A stretch of 64,000 nt of DNA from Aulosira sp. ZfuVER01 (GTDB lineage Bacteria > Cyanobacteriota > Cyanobacteriia > Cyanobacteriales > Nostocaceae): the NCBI GenBank assembly GCA_034530615.2, contig JAVRCV020000046.1, positions 54,530-118,529 on the forward strand, written 5' to 3'. Shown in pieces: positions 22,857-32,848 of this stretch. The number at the start of each line of letters is the position of its first letter. The stretch's first letter is position 1. The notes below the pieces were generated by a model. It was not told the DNA's origin and did no database searches. It worked only from the letters and a program-made list of their open reading frames with translations. The translations under genes and the position numbers were made by a program.

Positions 22857-23969
22857 TTAATGTAAAGAAAGAAATGGCTGTATCTGTCTTAAAGCTTCTT
22901 CTCTCCAATTCTCATCATCTTCTCCTTCTTCTAAAGTAAATAATCTTTCGCGACATAGAATTTGTAATAATATTGGCAAACACTGACTTTGATTTAAAAT
23001 CCACTCTATATCGTCATCATCAAAAGGAATAGGAGAACTGGCTATTAATTCTCGCGCTTCTTGTTCAGTCAAAGCTCCTAAATATGCGGTGTAGCCGAAA
23101 ATATTGAAAAAAGGTGAACTATGTCCTGTATTGTGCGCTAGTTCAATAGGTGATTCGGGGGTAGCTAAGATAAACGCGAGATTTCCGCCTGTGTGGTTAG
23201 TCGCCAAGGAACGCAAACTTTCCCAAAAGCTATCATCTAATTCTGGACAGCGTTGCAATCCCACGCCAATCTCATCTAATAAGATGACGGTGGGTGTATG
23301 CAAGTTGTCACTGACTACATCCATGAAATAATCTAAGTCGCAAGGTATTGGTACTTGCATTTTCAGGGATTCAAGGATGTACTTGAGCAATCCCTCCCGA
23401 TTCTGCATTCGTACATCTTGCAAGTCTATGAAAATCCACTGATAATTTTCTGGATTTGGTAGCCAATCAGACTTTTGATTGAGGCGCAGTTGTTCTCTTG
23501 GGGTGGTAGTAATGTTTTTCAGGTAGTGTAAAAGTGATGTTTTACCGCTACGCTTTTTACCAATGATGGCGGCGTTTTGTAGGGGATGGCGTTTGAGTAG
23601 GTGGAAGAGGCGTTTTAGTTCTTTCTCGCGTCCAAAAAAGTAACGGGGTTGGGTAATGGGTGGGCCTGTGATGAAGGGTGAGGCTTCTCCGTTGTTTGGC
23701 TGGGGTTGATGCGGTTGAATATTTGATGGGGGAGAAAGTTGAACTTGGCTTTTGATTATTTGTGCTTCAATTAGATCGAGTTGATTTTCTAGCTTCGACA
23801 ACTCTGCTTCTTCTTGTTGAAGCTGCTGTTCTAATTGAAATTTATTTGTGCTACCAGCCTGAATGGCTAAATCGTTGCGTAGCTGTGCGACTTTAGCGTT
23901 GCGAATATCCCACTCATTTTGCAGTCTTTCTCGTTTTTTTTCTAATCGAGATTGTTTTTCTTTGCTCAA
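22857..23969 (-). CDS. P-loop (STAND/AAA-like) ATPase with N-terminal helical effector-associated-like domain
   Basis: FFGREKEL, GKKRSGKTS, ILLDEIG; helical N-terminus LRNDLAIQ...KFQLEQQL. Confidence 0.8.
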   Translation of the reverse strand: MSKEKQSRLEKKRERLQNEWDIRNAKVAQLRNDLAIQAGSTNKFQLEQQLQQEEAELSKLENQLDLIEAQIIKSQVQLSPPSNIQPHQPQPNNGEASPFITGPPITQPRYFFGREKELKRLFHLLKRHPLQNAAIIGKKRSGKTSLLHYLKNITTTPREQLRLNQKSDWLPNPENYQWIFIDLQDVRMQNREGLLKYILESLKMQVPIPCDLDYFMDVVSDNLHTPTVILLDEIGVGLQRCPELDDSFWESLRSLATNHTGGNLAFILATPESPIELAHNTGHSSPFFNIFGYTAYLGALTEQEARELIASSPIPFDDDDIEWILNQSQCLPILLQILCRERLFTLEEGEDDENWREEALRQIQPFLSLH

Positions 23970-24068
23970 GGGTTAGCGGTGGTGGATTTTTCGATCGGTG
24001 TGCGATCGCTCTTCATTATAATCCCACTCTCTTGCTACTTCGCTGATGAGTATTTACAACTCATTCAC

Positions 24069-24389
24069 GAGTATCAAAGACTCGTTGACGAGGAAAAAAG
24101 CCTCATTAATGAGTATCAAAGACTCGTTGACGAGGAAAAAAGCTTCATTCACGAGTATCAAAGACTCGTTGACGAGGAAAAAAGCCTCATTAATGAGTAT
24201 CAAAGACTCGTTGACGAGGAAAAAAGCTTCATTCACGAGTATCAAAGACTCGTTGACGAGGAAAAAAGCCTCATTCACGAGTATCAAAGACTCGTCCACG
24301 AGGAAAAAAGCCTCATTAATGAAGATAAAAGACTCGTTCACGAAGAAAAAAGCCTCATTAATGAAGATAAAAGACTCGTTCACGAGTAT
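24069..24389. repeat. Tandem repeat of 42-bp units built from two 21-bp subunits, about 7.5 copies
   Basis: GAGTATCAAAGACTCGTTGAC-GAGGAAAAAAGCCTCATTAAT with minor variants. Confidence 0.95.
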
Positions 24390-24473
24390 TAGAACTTCGT
24401 GAACAAGTCTCAAAACTTTGTTGATGAGATTTAAGGAGTCGTAATTAACTACTGACTAATCACTCTCAAGTTT

Positions 24474-26117
24474 TTACAGCGCACAACTTAACTCGCCGGC
24501 TTTTTGGGTAAAGCGGCGATTCTCACGATAGTCTACAGGACAATCAATGACCGCCGGGACATCTTGAGCTAGGGCTTCTTTAAGTACAGGAATTAAATCA
24601 GTAGCAGCTTCAACTCTGTAACCTTTTAAACCCATGCTTTCGGCTAATTTGACAAAATCGGGATTACCAAAGCGGACAAAAGCTGACTGTCCAGGGCCGA
24701 AATGATTTTCCTGCTTCCACTCAATCAACCCATAGCCACCATCGTTGAAAATTAAGGTGACGAAGGGAGTACCGACACGCAAAGCGGTTTCTAATTCCTG
24801 GCAATTCATCATAAAGCCACCATCGCCAGTTACAGCTACAATTTTGCGGTTAGGATGAACAAGTTTTGCAGCTAAAGCGCCAGGAATCGCAATACCCATT
24901 GCAGCAAAGCCGTTGGAAATAATGCAGGTATTGGGGCTATGGCAATGATAATGGCGAGCCATCCACATTTTATGTGCGCCAACATCAGAGATGACAATAT
25001 CATCTGGGCCCATTACTTGCCGCAAGTCATAAATTAATTTTTGCGGTTTGATGGGAAAACCATCATCATAAGCGTGTTCTTCGTAGTCGGCACGAATATT
25101 TGTCCGTAAGCTGATAGCGTAGGGATTGGGTTTACCTTGTCTGTCTGCTAACTTTAAGATTTCAACCAAGGAATCAGAAATATCACCAATTACTTCTGCA
25201 CAGGGAATATAACTGCTATCAATTTCCGCAGGACTCAGTCCAATATGAATAACAGGAATTTTGCCGTCAGGATTCCATTTTTTCGGGGAGAATTCGATTA
25301 AATCGTAGCCAATTGCTATTACTAAATCTGTGTTATCAAAGCCACAGGTAATAAAATCCCGTTGTTGCAATCCTACTGACCATAAGGCTAAGTGATGAGT
25401 ATAGGGAATAACGCCTTTGCCCATAAAAGTATTGGCAACAGGAATATTCATTTGGGTGGCGAATTGAGTTACAGCATCACTAGCTTGGGCACGAATTGCA
25501 CCATTACCTACTAAAATTAACGGATTTACTGCTTGAGAAATTGCGGCTGCGGCTGCACGAATACTAGCAAAAGATGCATAAGTTTTTTCAATATTATGCT
25601 TATGCAAGGGTTTGCCTTCTACAGGCATAGCAGCGATATTTTCTGGTAAATCAATGTGAACTGCACCGGGTTTTTCCGATTGCGATCGCTTAAAGGCTTT
25701 GCGGACAACTTCTGGTGTAATACTGGGGCGGACAATTTGTTTATTCCACTTAGTTACAGGCGCAAACATTGCCACCAAATCTAAATATTGATGAGATTCA
25801 ATGTGCATTCTATCTGTGCCTACTTGCCCAGTAATTGCTACCAAAGGCGCACCGTCAAGGTTAGCATCTGCTACCCCAGTCATCAAATTGGTTGCGCCAG
25901 GGCCAAGGGTGGAAAGACAAACTCCGGCTTTTCCTGTCAGGCGACCATAAACATCCGCCATGAATGCTGCACCCTGTTCGTGACGAGTAGTAATAAATTG
26001 AATAGAAGAACTTTTTAAAGCTTCTAAAACGTGCAGATTTTCTTCACCAGGAAGTCCAAAAACATATTCTACTCCTTCATTTTCTAAACACTGTACTAAT
26101 AATTCTGCTGTATTCAT
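24474..26117 (-). CDS. ThDP-dependent acetolactate-synthase-like protein, probably 2-oxoglutarate decarboxylase
   Basis: RHEQGAAFMAD, GDGGFMMN...NDGGYG ThDP motif; operonic with SSADH as in the cyanobacterial TCA bypass. Confidence 0.85.
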   Translation of the reverse strand: MNTAELLVQCLENEGVEYVFGLPGEENLHVLEALKSSSIQFITTRHEQGAAFMADVYGRLTGKAGVCLSTLGPGATNLMTGVADANLDGAPLVAITGQVGTDRMHIESHQYLDLVAMFAPVTKWNKQIVRPSITPEVVRKAFKRSQSEKPGAVHIDLPENIAAMPVEGKPLHKHNIEKTYASFASIRAAAAAISQAVNPLILVGNGAIRAQASDAVTQFATQMNIPVANTFMGKGVIPYTHHLALWSVGLQQRDFITCGFDNTDLVIAIGYDLIEFSPKKWNPDGKIPVIHIGLSPAEIDSSYIPCAEVIGDISDSLVEILKLADRQGKPNPYAISLRTNIRADYEEHAYDDGFPIKPQKLIYDLRQVMGPDDIVISDVGAHKMWMARHYHCHSPNTCIISNGFAAMGIAIPGALAAKLVHPNRKIVAVTGDGGFMMNCQELETALRVGTPFVTLIFNDGGYGLIEWKQENHFGPGQSAFVRFGNPDFVKLAESMGLKGYRVEAATDLIPVLKEALAQDVPAVIDCPVDYRENRRFTQKAGELSCAL

Positions 26118-26140
26118 TATGATTTCCTCAATTTTTTATT

Positions 26141-26237
26141 GGTCATTGGTCATTTGTCATTTGTTTTTTGACTTTTGACTCTTGACTTTTGACTCTTGAC
26201 TTTTAACTATCGACTTCTGACCAATGACTCTTGACTA
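26141..26237. repeat. Heptameric STRR repeats (GTCATTG, TTGACTY)
   Basis: Direct observation. Confidence 0.8.
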
Positions 26238-26238
26238 A

Positions 26239-27606
26239 TTACTTAACCCACACAGTTTTAACATTGACAAATTCATGTATCCCTTGGATACTCAACTCTC
26301 TGCCATACCCAGAACGCTTAATTCCACCAAAGGGTAAGCGGGGATCGGATTTTACCATACCGTTAATAAATACTGAACCGGCTTCGATTTCTTCAACCAA
26401 GCGATCGCATTCTTGATCGTTGGTAGTCCAAGCGCTTGCGCCTAAGCCAAAGGGTACGGAATTAGCTAATTTAATGGCTGCATCAATATCTGGGACGCGG
26501 AATAGTAAAGCCACTGGCCCAAAAAATTCTTCTTGGGCGATCGCACTATCTTGGGGGATATCTGTAAGGATCGTGGGTGCATAGTAATTGCCCGGACGAT
26601 CTGAGATTGGATGTCCACCTGTGAGGACTTTACCGCCGCTTTTAGTTGCAGCTTGCACTTGTTGATCTAAATCCTGGAGAATACCAGGAGTTGCCAACGG
26701 GCCTAAGTCGGTGTCTGGTTGCATGGGATCGCCAACTTTTAAAGCCAGAAATTTATCTAACAACAGTTTTTCAAATTTGTCAGCGATCACTTCTGCAACA
26801 ATGAAACGTTTCGCTGCTATACAAGATTGCCCGTTATTTAACATTCGTGCTGTAGTTGCGGTGACAACTGCTGCTGTTAAATCAGCACTTTCTAACACGA
26901 TGAATGGGTCACTTCCTCCCAATTCCAAAACAGTTTTTTTAATTTGTTTCCCCGCAGCCACAGCTAAAGATATACCTGCGGGTTCGCTTCCGGTTAAGGT
27001 AGCAGCTTTAACTCGCTCATCCGCCATTAAATCGGCAACTTGAGCAGCACCGATCAATAGAGTTTGAAACACACCTTTCGGGAAACCTGCCCGTTGAAAA
27101 ATATCTTCAATTGCTAAAGCGCATTGGGGCACATTAGAAGCGTGTTTGAGTAAGCCAACATTACCCGCCATCAGTGCTGGTGCGGCAAAGCGAAAAACTT
27201 GCCAAAAGGGGAAATTCCAGGGCATGACTGCAAGAATGACACCTAATGGTTGATAGCGCACAAAGCTTTTGCTCGCATCGGTTTCTACGGTGACATCAGC
27301 TAAGAAACTAGCAGCGTGTTCGGCGTAGTAGCGACAGACAAGGGCACATTTTTCGACTTCTGCGATCGCAGCTTTCAAAGGCTTGCCCATTTCTAGAGTC
27401 ATCACTTTAGCAAATTCTGCTTTCTCTTGCTCTAAAATATCAGCAGCTTTTTGTAGCCATTGCGATCGCTCTAAAAAACTAGTCTTGCGGTAATGCTCAA
27501 AAGCCTGACCTGCTAAATCCAGTTTAGCGGCAATTTCTGTATCATTCAGCGACTCAAAAGTTTTGAGTGTCTCCCCAGTAGCGGGATTAATGGTGGCGAT
27601 AGCCAT
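26239..27606 (-). CDS. NAD(P)-dependent succinate-semialdehyde dehydrogenase
   Basis: MPWNFPFWQ, LELGGSDP, NNGQSC, EEFFGPV, PFGGIKRSGYGRE. Confidence 0.92.
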   Translation of the reverse strand: MAIATINPATGETLKTFESLNDTEIAAKLDLAGQAFEHYRKTSFLERSQWLQKAADILEQEKAEFAKVMTLEMGKPLKAAIAEVEKCALVCRYYAEHAASFLADVTVETDASKSFVRYQPLGVILAVMPWNFPFWQVFRFAAPALMAGNVGLLKHASNVPQCALAIEDIFQRAGFPKGVFQTLLIGAAQVADLMADERVKAATLTGSEPAGISLAVAAGKQIKKTVLELGGSDPFIVLESADLTAAVVTATTARMLNNGQSCIAAKRFIVAEVIADKFEKLLLDKFLALKVGDPMQPDTDLGPLATPGILQDLDQQVQAATKSGGKVLTGGHPISDRPGNYYAPTILTDIPQDSAIAQEEFFGPVALLFRVPDIDAAIKLANSVPFGLGASAWTTNDQECDRLVEEIEAGSVFINGMVKSDPRLPFGGIKRSGYGRELSIQGIHEFVNVKTVWVK

Positions 27607-27902
27607 TACCTGACCTCCCGTTTAAAAATAACTTGAGCAGCTTCTTAGTGTTACACAGATCAATTGTGGAAGCTACCACCCAAATTGTAGACTTTGGATT
27701 AAAAATTGGGGGCTGAATATTACGATTTCACAATAAAAATAGAAATAAACTATACAAATTACTCTGTATTTTTACTTATAATCTACTTATTTTCAGTAGT
27801 GATTATTAACAGCGTATAGTAGTACACTGAAATATCTTCTTGATGACTAAGCATTTGGCTCTCATCCCAATTTACTAAAATCGCGATCGCGATAGGTTTT
27901 TC

Positions 27903-27931
27903 GTAGGGGTTTAGCATTGCTAAACCCTTAC
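27903..27931. repeat. REP-like GTAG hairpin (second copy)
   Basis: GTAGGGGTTTAGCATTGCTAAACCCTTAC. Confidence 0.7.
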
Positions 27932-28068
27932 CCAAGTATTTCTATCATTATTAAAGTTAGATGGTATCAGACATAAAAATTCTCAGCTACTGTGACTTCA
28001 AAATAGACATAGCGATCAAAATTTTGATATAGGAAATTTTCTAATTTAGAATTTTGAATTGGTATAAC

Positions 28069-29229
28069 TCATGGTTTCTTTGATGTTGAAAACAGGCTAG
28101 CCCCTTCATATAAGCCTGTATGATAAACCCAATTTTGCACTCCATTAGTAGTTGTGACAATCCAACCAGGAAAATTACCAGGTGTACAGATATCTTTAGG
28201 GACAGTCACAGGAAAGCCACGGCAACTATCTGTCCAGACTTTTTGTTCTACCCAAAAGATTTTGAGGTTGGCAGGTGGTATTTCTGTGGCAGGATAGACA
28301 TCTTTCAATACTCCTCTCACCAGCTTTCTTGGTAAACTATCGGGGCCATTCAACTTCAAACCGCGTCCGGGTGCTACATGATAAACCCAGCGTTGTTGAT
28401 AGCCTTGGGCGACTACTCGCCAACCTGTCAAACCAATTTGACTACAAGCTGTTCCGGGTGGGGCAATATCTAAACAACCATTCAAGGTTCTGGGTTCGGC
28501 ACTCACAACTTGCAGTGCAGCTAATGAAATAGCTGTGCGCTTGGACATATCTTGCAAAACAGCGTTTGCAGTTCCCTTGGTGAAATTGGCTGGTATTTTG
28601 GGATTAATTTGGCTAGCTGCATTATCAAATAAGGCAGAATAAGATAAACCTGTGCGATATACCCAGCGTTGCTTTGCGCCATCAGTGACTGTCACTTGCC
28701 ATCCTGGTGTTTTAGCAGCAATACAGGAAATTAAACCTGGCAAACCAAAACAGCCATTTTGCCAAGTTTTGTTTTCCACCCAGTAAATCTTGAGGCGGGA
28801 AACTGGTAAACCCGAACGCCAAGAAGCTTCTTCTAAAACTTCATTGGCGATCGCAGGTGATAAACTTACTGGGCCATTTAACTTAAACCCATAATTTTCG
28901 GTTGCGTGGTAAATCCAACGATGTTGTCTAGCTGCGATTGTCACTTTCCAACCACGAAGGCCAATGGCCTGACAAAGTTGATCTGGTGGTGCAACACTCA
29001 AGCAGCCATCAACTAAAGTTTCCTCCGTGCGTAGAATCTGCACTTCTGGCTTAGGCACAAACGATCGCCATGCCATATCCTGTAAGAGTTTGTCTTTTAG
29101 GGATATTGGTAAAGTTGCACCCTTGGTTTCTACTGGAGTTTGTGCTGCACGACTAGGGAAGTTAGCCATGACGAAGATGCTGGCTAACAACACTGTCATC
29201 CAAGATTGAAGATGCAATCGCCCGATCAA
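28069..29229 (-). CDS. Probable exported protein with four Cys-containing repeats
   Basis: Signal-peptide-like N-terminus; four (W)xxGC...C.....GWxV...WxY(H/R) units. Confidence 0.75.
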   Translation of the reverse strand: MIGRLHLQSWMTVLLASIFVMANFPSRAAQTPVETKGATLPISLKDKLLQDMAWRSFVPKPEVQILRTEETLVDGCLSVAPPDQLCQAIGLRGWKVTIAARQHRWIYHATENYGFKLNGPVSLSPAIANEVLEEASWRSGLPVSRLKIYWVENKTWQNGCFGLPGLISCIAAKTPGWQVTVTDGAKQRWVYRTGLSYSALFDNAASQINPKIPANFTKGTANAVLQDMSKRTAISLAALQVVSAEPRTLNGCLDIAPPGTACSQIGLTGWRVVAQGYQQRWVYHVAPGRGLKLNGPDSLPRKLVRGVLKDVYPATEIPPANLKIFWVEQKVWTDSCRGFPVTVPKDICTPGNFPGWIVTTTNGVQNWVYHTGLYEGASLFSTSKKP

Positions 29230-29497
29230 TTTCTGCTCCTTTTTTGCCGATCTGTCACTGAGTTAAATGTGCGGGAAACCAGAGATTCTGACCCTGCGTC
29301 AACTCAGTTTACAGAGAATATTTCACCTATATCTTGTGCTTTTTATGCAAATTACTCAGTTATTTTTAATAATTGCGATCGCAGGGTTAGGAATTAAAGT
29401 TTGTAATACCAATTTGAAAAAAGAATACGACAGTAAATCTTTGGTGGTGCGTTAGGACTAACTAGTTTACCTTCTGCCTTCTGCCTTCTGCCTTATT

Positions 29498-31129
29498 TTA
29501 TTGATGCATATTTGTTTGATAAACCTTAATTAAACGCTTAATGCCTTTGAAACTATAACTACCCATTTCTTGAAAATCTGAGGGTTGTTTGAGCATTTTA
29601 TAAGTAACTTCACTAATTACGCATTCACCTGGAGGACAAACTCCTTCCATGCGTGCAGCTAGGTTAATAGTAGCGCCTAAAGCCGTATATTCTACCCGTT
29701 GGGAGCTACCAACATCTCCGACAACTGCTTTACCGCTATTAATTGCAATGCGTAATTGTAGAGGTTCTTGCCAAAAACCATTCATATTCAGACGTTCTAG
29801 CCGAGTTAGCATCCCCTTAGCCGCCGCAATGGCGCGTTCGGCATGATCTGGTTGGGGTTCGGGAGCGCCAAAGAACGCCATGATACAATCACCAATATAT
29901 TTATCTAAAGTGCCGCCATAGGCAAACACTTCTTGCAGCATCTCTTCAAATAAATTATTGAGTAATTTGGCGATCGCGGTTGGTGTGACTCTTTCAGAAA
30001 TGGCAGTAAAACCAACTAAATCTGCAAATAATATACTAATTTCGCTTTCTTCGGGAGATAAACGTCCATCTGGTAGCCTACCCACAGATATTAACTGCTG
30101 AACTACTGCCGGAGAGTGATAACGTTCAAGTCTGTGACGAATTACTTCTTCGTTTTTGAGCCTATCTACTAATAACCAGCGTTGTACGCTAGTCGCTACA
30201 AGGTTAGCTAAAGCCGAAAAAAAGCTGAGTTCTTCTTCACCTTCGTTAGCCCAATGGTAAGAAGACAAATGTGCATCTGCGTAGAGAACGCCAACAACTT
30301 TATTTTCATCCCATAACGGCACCGCCATAACGCTGCGAATTCCCTTAACTAAAACGCTGTGTTCTCCAGAAAAGCGTTCATCTTTATGGGTATCAGCAGA
30401 CTGAACAACAACTTTTTCTTCAAATACTTTTTGGCAAATACTACGACTAATCCAACTGCCATCAGCTGCCAAATTTTGTTGGTGGGAAGCGTCTCTGGTT
30501 GCAGCATTCATCAATTCCAGATTACCACCGCCACTGACATCGACTAATAGCCCCAAGCGATCGATACTATCTAAGTAACGAAAAACTACTTCTTGTACTT
30601 GGGAAAAAATCTCTTCTATAGATGTAGCTGCACAGAGATTTTTGGCGATATCTACCAAGTCTTTGAGTCGGGCAATGGTAATATCCTTAGTGCTGATATC
30701 ACCATCTTTGCTATCAGCTTGTATCCATTGCTGTTGCAGTTGTTTGACGTTTCGGAGAATCGTTTTTTGCTCAGTATTATCCCCATCCCGCTCTTTAGTT
30801 GGTTGAGTCCTACTCATTGGCTGTGCAGCAGGATCTCCAACTAACACCAGTAAACTCACATTACCCAACCAAACAACGTCACCGTGATGCAGCTGCTGTG
30901 GACGGGTAATTAGACGTTCATTCACTTGCGTCCCATTTTTACTGCCCATATCCGCAATAGTCCATACCTCATCATCAGTCTTGACAATCTGGGCATGGTT
31001 ACGGGAGACTCCTCCAAAAGGTAGATATAAGTTACATTCTGGTAAACGGCCGATAGTGAATACATCTCGATCCACTGAAACCGTTTTTTCCGTATCTCCT
31101 TCTTGTAGACGTAGTTTGAGTTCAGTCAT
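29498..31129 (-). CDS. cyaD: FHA-GAF adenylate cyclase
   Basis: FHA (IGR, VSRNHA, SKNGT.VN), GAF, class III cyclase FADLVGFT / DKYIGDC / INLAARME. Confidence 0.85.
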   Translation of the reverse strand: MTELKLRLQEGDTEKTVSVDRDVFTIGRLPECNLYLPFGGVSRNHAQIVKTDDEVWTIADMGSKNGTQVNERLITRPQQLHHGDVVWLGNVSLLVLVGDPAAQPMSRTQPTKERDGDNTEQKTILRNVKQLQQQWIQADSKDGDISTKDITIARLKDLVDIAKNLCAATSIEEIFSQVQEVVFRYLDSIDRLGLLVDVSGGGNLELMNAATRDASHQQNLAADGSWISRSICQKVFEEKVVVQSADTHKDERFSGEHSVLVKGIRSVMAVPLWDENKVVGVLYADAHLSSYHWANEGEEELSFFSALANLVATSVQRWLLVDRLKNEEVIRHRLERYHSPAVVQQLISVGRLPDGRLSPEESEISILFADLVGFTAISERVTPTAIAKLLNNLFEEMLQEVFAYGGTLDKYIGDCIMAFFGAPEPQPDHAERAIAAAKGMLTRLERLNMNGFWQEPLQLRIAINSGKAVVGDVGSSQRVEYTALGATINLAARMEGVCPPGECVISEVTYKMLKQPSDFQEMGSYSFKGIKRLIKVYQTNMHQ

Positions 31130-31377
31130 GTGTGTGAAATATCTGTCCTGGAATCTGGAGGTTAGAGCCTTTGTGTGACTGGGAATATACCAAGTATCAG
31201 CCCTTGGCTCTATATTTATGACACTATTAATGGCATTTCGACAACTATAATGTAGTGAATATTACGGAACAATTATATTCAGATATACATCAGCGTTATA
31301 GATAAATTCGCAATCAACTTCTTGTTTTAGGAAAAAGTGTATTCTAGTTAACAGTTAACCTCAGTCCAGCTATAACC

Positions 31378-32847
31378 ATGATCGGCAGATTACTAGACCA
31401 CCGTTACGAAGTGGTTGAACTATTAGGCAAAGGCGGATTTGGTCATACTTATATAGCCCTAGATACTCGCCGTCCTGGAAACCCCACTTGTGTCGTTAAA
31501 CATCTTAAACCTGTTACCAGCGACCCGGAATTTTTGCCATTAGCTAGACGCTTGTTTAATAGAGAAGCCGAAACTTTAGAAAAGCTGGGACATAATGACC
31601 AAATTCCCCGACTTTTAGCTTACTTTGAGGAAAACGAAGAATTTTATTTAGTACAGGAGTTGATCGAGGGACAACCACTAGCGTGGGAAATGCCACCGGG
31701 AAATAGATGGAGTGAAGAGCAGGTCATTAAACTACTGCAAGATGTCTTACCTATTCTAGAATTTATTCATGGTCATGGGGTGATTCATCGAGATCTCAAA
31801 CCCGACAATTTAATCCGCCGGGCTGCGGACAACACAATAGTCTTGGTTGATTTTGGGGCGGTCAAACAAATTAAGAGTTACTCACTGATGACTCCAGAAC
31901 AGCTGAAAAACGACACTGTTGCTGTTGGGACTCCAGGCTATATGCCTAGCGAACAGGGACAAGGTAGACCGCGTCCTTGTAGTGACATTTATGCACTAGG
32001 CATGACTTGTATCCAAGCTCTCACAGGCTTGAATCCCAAACAGTTAGGAGAGGATGCTGTCAGTGGAGAGATATTATGGCAGCATCATGCCCAAGTCAGC
32101 AACCAATTGGCATCAATCTTAAATAAGATGGTACGCCATTACTTCAAATACCGCTATCAGTCAGCAACCGAGGCATTGCAAGCACTCTCTTCCATCACTA
32201 ATGCCAGCACACCTGCTGCTGTCGCATCTGTCGTAACTCAGGTGGTAGGCCACTATTTAAAAGATGGCTATGTGACTGCAACCAAAGTTATGAACTATCT
32301 TCAGGAACTAGCAAAGCCTTGCTATATTCCGCCAGATAACGAAACTACTTCTGGTTCTACACCTCAACCCCTAACAGCGCCATCTACCCTACGGGCTTCT
32401 GAAGTACAGAATGCGCTGTCAACTACTGCTACTAATGCAACCCAAGCGCCTAGCCGTTCGCAGTTTAACTTGCGTTCTCTTCCTAAATCTTCTCCCAAAT
32501 CGCGACTGCTAATTGGGGGCAGTGCTGCGATCGCAGTCGTTGCTTTTGGTATCATGTCTGCTAATCACTCCCAAAAACCATCTTCTGAGCCTGGGCAAAA
32601 TGAAGTTAAAGCAGTAGCAAATAATACGAATGCGCCCGAACAGAAAAAAAGTTGTCTGGTAGTTACTAGTTCATCAAACTTGCGCTCTTTATCTGGCTCT
32701 GGACAAAGAAAAACAGGTAAAGTTGTCAAAGCCGGTACTCAAGTAACAACTACCGGCAAAACAGAAGGTGGTTGGATTGAAATTAGTTCTCCAGAGCCAG
32801 GTTGGATTTGGAAAAGTCGAACAAGAAATTCTTGCCCTGCTAAGTAA
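31378..32847 (+). CDS. Ser/Thr protein kinase (Pkn2-type) with TM segment and C-terminal SH3b-like domain
   Basis: LGKGGFG, VVK, HRDLKPDN, DFG, GTPGYM. Confidence 0.92.
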   Translation: MIGRLLDHRYEVVELLGKGGFGHTYIALDTRRPGNPTCVVKHLKPVTSDPEFLPLARRLFNREAETLEKLGHNDQIPRLLAYFEENEEFYLVQELIEGQPLAWEMPPGNRWSEEQVIKLLQDVLPILEFIHGHGVIHRDLKPDNLIRRAADNTIVLVDFGAVKQIKSYSLMTPEQLKNDTVAVGTPGYMPSEQGQGRPRPCSDIYALGMTCIQALTGLNPKQLGEDAVSGEILWQHHAQVSNQLASILNKMVRHYFKYRYQSATEALQALSSITNASTPAAVASVVTQVVGHYLKDGYVTATKVMNYLQELAKPCYIPPDNETTSGSTPQPLTAPSTLRASEVQNALSTTATNATQAPSRSQFNLRSLPKSSPKSRLLIGGSAAIAVVAFGIMSANHSQKPSSEPGQNEVKAVANNTNAPEQKKSCLVVTSSSNLRSLSGSGQRKTGKVVKAGTQVTTTGKTEGGWIEISSPEPGWIWKSRTRNSCPAK

Positions 32848-32848
32848 G

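Noticed and set aside
24069..24389. Tandem repeat as a CRISPR array
   Set aside because: No unique spacers; units are contiguous near-copies.
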